Origin: an uncultured virus (IMG/VR IMGVR_UViG_3300036466_000576)
Taxonomy: Duplodnaviria; Heunggongvirae; Uroviricota; Caudoviricetes
Length of the DNA: 20,000 bases
Direction: 5' to 3' (one strand)
Virus record (IMG/VR): IMGVR_UViG_3300036466_000576
Shown: piece after piece, positions 16,259 through 20,000 of the stretch
How positions within the stretch are numbered: position 1 is the first letter of the stretch
Layout of the letters: each line of letters starts with the position of its first letter
The notes under the pieces: generated by a model
Databases searched by the model: none
What the model was told of the DNA's origin: nothing
What the model saw: only the letters and a program-made list of their open reading frames with translations
Program-made: the position numbers and the translations under genes

Positions 16259-16296
16259 AAAGTCTCCTCTTTTAAAGAGGGGGCTTTAGTTATTTT
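16259..16296 (+). terminator. Intrinsic terminator
   Basis: AAAGTCTCCTCT/AGAGGGGGCTTT stem followed by a T-rich tail. Confidence 0.75.
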
Positions 16297-16343
16297 AAAA
16301 AATTTAAAAAATTAAATTTATATGTTTTTAAAAAATCCATGAA

Positions 16344-16392
16344 TATGATATACTTTAATTAACAATTAATAAAAAATATGACATTAAGGAGA
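16344..16392 (+). promoter_or_regulatory. Rightward promoter/leader
   Basis: TATGATATACTTTAATTAA (identical to 18001-18019), then TGACATT and an AAGGAG RBS. Confidence 0.6.
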
Positions 16393-16402
16393 GAATTTTA
16401 AA

Positions 16403-17257
16403 ATGACAAAAAAATTACAAAAAAGACATTTTTTAATTAATGGTTCAGAAAACACTGAAGGTTATGTTTCAGAAGAACCAGAAAATATTTATTTTACTTT
16501 TCATCAAATGCAGGAAATTACTAAAATTATCAATAACAACACCACATATTCTTTATTACAGAAAGATTTTTATTTTCAATTTTTAAATTCAAACAAAACT
16601 GTTGAAACAGTTTTAAGAGGAGTAGTAATGGATATTGGAAATGGAGATTTAGATACACTTTATAATTTTAATGGCTTTGGACTTATTGATGTAGAAATGA
16701 TAAATAAAAAAATTAGAAAAGCAAATGTATCTGTTAGAGCCTGGAATTTTGAAGGATATATTGAAGATGGATATTATTTAGAAGAACTTGTTAAAACTAT
16801 CGGATTTGAAAAAGAGGAAGCTCTTCAAGTTTTAAAGCATTGTCTTGAAATCCCAGATGTAACAAACTATTATACAGGTTTTTATTTTGATGAAGAAGAA
16901 TATGGAATAGTAATAGAAGATGACAATACTTCTTATGGTTATATGTTTATAGCACCAACAATAATAGAAAATGAAGAAGGTAAAAGAAAAGAAATCTATT
17001 TTATAGGTGAATGGGGTTGGAAATGGAAAGTCAAAAATATTGAAGAAGAAAATTTTTATTTAAGAAAAAAAGAAAAGTTAATTGACAAACTTGAAAAAGG
17101 AGATATAGTTGAACTTAGAGACGGTAGTGAGTGGGAGTTTATCGAACACAATCCCCAAAATAAACAATGGTTTATTGGAAACTACAAAAACAAAATTAGA
17201 AATGATATACCCGTTAAATTTATTGAAAAAATAAACTTAAAACAAAGGAGAAGATAA
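16403..17257 (+). CDS. Protein with two copies of the repeated 'EGY...F...IG.W.W' domain plus an SH3-like tail
   Basis: Second domain FEGY...GFEKEEALQVL...GFYFDEE...IYFIGEWGWKW aligns with 17498..17875 and 18933..19322; first domain is a weaker copy; tail LEKGDIVELRDG. Confidence 0.8.
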   Translation: MTKKLQKRHFLINGSENTEGYVSEEPENIYFTFHQMQEITKIINNNTTYSLLQKDFYFQFLNSNKTVETVLRGVVMDIGNGDLDTLYNFNGFGLIDVEMINKKIRKANVSVRAWNFEGYIEDGYYLEELVKTIGFEKEEALQVLKHCLEIPDVTNYYTGFYFDEEEYGIVIEDDNTSYGYMFIAPTIIENEEGKRKEIYFIGEWGWKWKVKNIEEENFYLRKKEKLIDKLEKGDIVELRDGSEWEFIEHNPQNKQWFIGNYKNKIRNDIPVKFIEKINLKQRRR

Positions 17258-17259
17258 AA

Positions 17260-17472
17260 ATGAAAACTAATATTAAATGTACTAACTGTCAGAAGGTATC
17301 CACAAACAAGGAATGGAATTTGAAAACACTATTGTATATAAAACAAAATGATGTTAAGGAAAAACTAACACCAATTCAAAACACTCTAGATTCAGAAGAC
17401 ACATTTTATTATGTTTGTCCTAGTTGCAAACAACCTACCTCTAATCAGGATGTTGAACTAGTTACTGAATAA
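17260..17472 (+). CDS. Small zinc-ribbon protein
   Basis: CTNC...CPSC; AAGGAG RBS. Confidence 0.8.
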   Translation: MKTNIKCTNCQKVSTNKEWNLKTLLYIKQNDVKEKLTPIQNTLDSEDTFYYVCPSCKQPTSNQDVELVTE

Positions 17473-17497
17473 CTTTAAAAAAGGAGCTGTTAAATTA

Positions 17498-17875
17498 ATG
17501 GAAACTAAAAAACTAACAGAAGAAATATTCGAAATTGATGGAATGTATAACGCTAAAGGTTATACTTTGGGAGACACCTGGAACGGATTTGAATGTCCGT
17601 TTTTTACTAAAAAAGTAGCTGAAGAAATATTGCAGGAAACAATTGATACTGACTTAACCCAGGAGTATTTTGTGGGTTTTGAGTATGATGAAGAAAACGA
17701 TCAGTTTATTTTAGAAGAAACTGATGATAAGCTATTTTTTCCAGCCAGAAAGTTTCAAACTGTAGAAGGAGACAAAATCCCTCTCTATGCTATTGGGGCT
17801 TGCATGTGGTGCTGGAGTAAATCTAAAAAAGGAATTAAAGATCCTAATATAATTGAAATTCAAATTTCAAATTAA
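17498..17875 (+). CDS. Hypothetical protein, single copy of the repeated domain (GYT.G..WNGFECPFF)
   Basis: 125-aa ORF with AAGGAG RBS; ends LYAIGACMWCW. Confidence 0.85.
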   Translation: METKKLTEEIFEIDGMYNAKGYTLGDTWNGFECPFFTKKVAEEILQETIDTDLTQEYFVGFEYDEENDQFILEETDDKLFFPARKFQTVEGDKIPLYAIGACMWCWSKSKKGIKDPNIIEIQISN

Positions 17876-18000
17876 ATATAGATAAAAACTTAAATCTAAA
17901 AGAATCCCACTTCTATTTTAATGCCAAAACACAAAATTTAATTGTGAATTAATTATACCATATTTAGAACAATATTTAAAAATTGGAAAAATATAATAAT

Positions 18001-18082
18001 TATGATATACTTTAATTAAGATTATTTAATATTAGACATTTTTTTAAAAAAGACATTTAAATATAAAAATGATAAAAAGGAG
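18001..18082 (+). promoter_or_regulatory. Rightward promoter/leader with two GACATTT boxes
   Basis: TGATATACT at 18003-18011; TTAGACATTT (18032); AAAGACATTT (18049); AAGGAG RBS. Confidence 0.6.
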
Positions 18083-18091
18083 AAAATAAAA

Positions 18092-18292
18092 ATGAAAATT
18101 TTAGCAGTAATGTTTATATTATTTTCTATTGAGGATTTAAGATTTGCTTCGTTCAAAACTAAAGATAAAATAAATAAATTTGGTTTTAAACCATTAATCA
18201 AGACATATTTCACAACTAAATATATTAGAATACCTATTTGTATGTTAATGGACATATTATTAATTGGATTTTGCATAAACTATTTAATATAA
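18092..18292 (+). CDS. Small membrane protein
   Basis: 66 aa with two hydrophobic segments; AAGGAG RBS. Confidence 0.7.
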   Translation: MKILAVMFILFSIEDLRFASFKTKDKINKFGFKPLIKTYFTTKYIRIPICMLMDILLIGFCINYLI

Positions 18293-18306
18293 AAGGAGTG
18301 AAAACT

Positions 18307-18921
18307 ATGGCAAGCACAGAAAAAGAAATTAAAAATCATTATTTTAAAAATCACAAAGCAAAATATAACAACCTCAATGAAGAAATGTTTATATTAGATT
18401 GGGAAGATCCTACTTCAAAAGAATACAATATAAGATATGTAATGGATGGAAAATTCCTATATGTAACTGGAGGTTTAAATGCAGCAACTTATAGATTTGA
18501 TTGGAGAAATTTAAAATTAAGCAGCTTTCTAACCATTGAAATAGATTATTTTTATAAAAATTTAATTTCTTATCAAGAAAGCAATATTATTTTTAATCCC
18601 CAAAAAGCTCAATATGAAATAGAAGAAAAAACATTAGAGGAAAAAGAATTTCCTGAAGAAACTAACAAAAAACTTGTAGAACTATTAGAACAAATATACA
18701 ATTTAACAAAAGAATGTGTTTCACATAAGGAATGGAAAAGATTATTAAGTTCAAGTGATATTGTTGACGATCTAGTTAAATTCACTCCAGACTTTTATGT
18801 AACAGATATACATGAATGGATTTTTACTATTGGAGACGATATTCCAAATAATATCAAAGCACATCTTATTGGTTTAAAAATGGCAGCTAAACAATTAGAT
18901 ATAGAATTAGTTAAAAAATAA
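18307..18921 (+). CDS. Phage-type hypothetical protein
   Basis: AAGGAGTG RBS supports the ATG at 18307; FKNHKA...ILDW..P....YNIRY..DG..LYVTG resembles a recalled family of Firmicute phage proteins. Confidence 0.75.
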   Translation: MASTEKEIKNHYFKNHKAKYNNLNEEMFILDWEDPTSKEYNIRYVMDGKFLYVTGGLNAATYRFDWRNLKLSSFLTIEIDYFYKNLISYQESNIIFNPQKAQYEIEEKTLEEKEFPEETNKKLVELLEQIYNLTKECVSHKEWKRLLSSSDIVDDLVKFTPDFYVTDIHEWIFTIGDDIPNNIKAHLIGLKMAAKQLDIELVKK

Positions 18922-18932
18922 AAAAAGGAGTA

Positions 18933-19322
18933 ATGATAACTATGGAATACAAACACAAATCTTGTATTAAAAAAGTAACTAAAAAAAGATTTAAACTTGA
19001 AGGTATAGGGGAATTTGAAGGATATTCGCTTGATGATAAAGAACCTTTTAAATATCCTTACTTTGATTTTGAAACAGCTAAAGAAATTCTCTATAGAGTT
19101 GTTAGATATGATTGTTTTGACAAATATTTAAATTTTAAATATGACTCTATAAACACACAATTTGTTTTAAATAAACCCAATGGAGAAACAGTAGGATTTC
19201 AGGCACTATTTTTCAAAGATGAAAATAATGATTTAACACAACTATATCAAATAGGTGATAATTGGAATTGGAAAAAAGCTAAAAAACAGCCTAAAGATAA
19301 AGAAATATTAGAAAGAATATAA
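18933..19322 (+). CDS. Hypothetical protein, single copy of the repeated domain
   Basis: FKLEGIGEFEGYS...YPYFDFETAKEIL...FKYD....QFVL...LYQIGDNWNW. Confidence 0.85.
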   Translation: MITMEYKHKSCIKKVTKKRFKLEGIGEFEGYSLDDKEPFKYPYFDFETAKEILYRVVRYDCFDKYLNFKYDSINTQFVLNKPNGETVGFQALFFKDENNDLTQLYQIGDNWNWKKAKKQPKDKEILERI

Positions 19323-19340
19323 TAATCAAGGAGTGATAAT

Positions 19341-19742
19341 ATGATAACCAAAAAACTTGATTTAAAAACAGAGTTGATAGATGAAAGTAGTATTTTATTT
19401 TGTAAACCAGATCATAGGAACATTCTTGTTAAAAAAAATAATGATACTGGAGAATTTGAAGTTAAAATTAATGGCAAGGTTAAATCATTAAAAGAAATTG
19501 AGGAACAGGTTGTTGTTGGTTATCCAGAAGATTATTTTGAAAAAACAATAATTGACACCTTCTTTAAATTAACAGGAAGATATCCTAACCCCACACAAGT
19601 AAACAAAATTATGAACTATAAATTGCAAAAAAACAATAAAAGCTTAGGATCTCCTCTGCTGTTCGATCAAATAGTTATGCTGTGGATTATAGAGAACAAA
19701 AATGAACTAATCAAAGAATGGAGTGATAATAGTGAAATCTAA
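19341..19742 (+). CDS. Hypothetical protein
   Basis: 133-aa ORF with AAGGAG RBS. Confidence 0.75.
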   Translation: MITKKLDLKTELIDESSILFCKPDHRNILVKKNNDTGEFEVKINGKVKSLKEIEEQVVVGYPEDYFEKTIIDTFFKLTGRYPNPTQVNKIMNYKLQKNNKSLGSPLLFDQIVMLWIIENKNELIKEWSDNSEI

Positions 19743-20000
19743 ATGTTTCCATTGTTCAAAAAAATATGATTCAAAAGAATTAAATACAATAAAAGAATTA
19801 AAAAAATATACAGAATTATGTCGTGATTGTAGAGAAAAAATTCTTGAATTTGATAACAGAATAAAGACAATGAGTTTAGAAGAAGTTAGACAGGAATTAG
19901 AAGATAAATTTAAAAATATGGAAACCTATGAGGATTTAGAAGAACTTTTCTTTTTTACAAAAAATTCATTTGAGATTCTTTCTTTTGAGATTCGCAGTAG
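19732..20000 (+). CDS. Zn-binding hypothetical protein (partial, runs off the window end)
   Basis: Read by hand: GTG start after GGAGTG; KSKCFHCSKK...ELCRDCREK; open to the window end. Confidence 0.7.
   Translation, partial: MKSKCFHCSKKYDSKELNTIKELKKYTELCRDCREKILEFDNRIKTMSLEEVRQELEDKFKNMETYEDLEELFFFTKNSFEILSFEIRS

Noticed and set aside
9273..18276. ORFs 9273..9455+, 9409..9606+, 13003..13380+, 14701..14955- and 18022..18276-
   Set aside because: All are antisense to better-supported genes and lack convincing RBSs.
19969..19994. Short direct repeat TTTGAGATTC
   Set aside because: Two copies inside coding sequence (FEI..FEI); not informative.

Overview
Very AT-rich, gene-dense window with strong Firmicutes-type Shine-Dalgarno sites (AGGAG/GGAGG) and sigmaA-like extended -10 promoters. 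It contains many short hypothetical ORFs in long co-directional blocks, and no rRNA, tRNA, virion or replication genes. It reads as an accessory region of a large phage or megaplasmid of a low-GC Firmicute (inference). Recognisable genes: an NAD-dependent DNA ligase (ligA), a DprA/SLOG-family protein, a NADAR (YbiA-like) protein, and a RelE/HigB-type toxin (frameshifted) with an intact small antitoxin upstream. Also present are a SpoIIID-like regulator fused to a second HTH, RHH proteins, an MqsA-type Zn-ribbon protein lacking an HTH, and a DarA_C-like protein. Several genes missing from the ORF track were read by hand. Main leads: (1) a possible collection of orphan antitoxin / anti-defence genes; (2) the SpoIIID-like regulator plus a recurring GACA(T/A)TT box in all four rightward promoter leaders; (3) a probable IS200/IS605 deletion derivative with an RHH gene and a structured, ~81-nt-periodic non-coding segment; (4) four copies of one unknown domain; (5) a cluster of broken reading frames that may be decay or assembly error. 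All family calls are by recalled motifs, not database searches.
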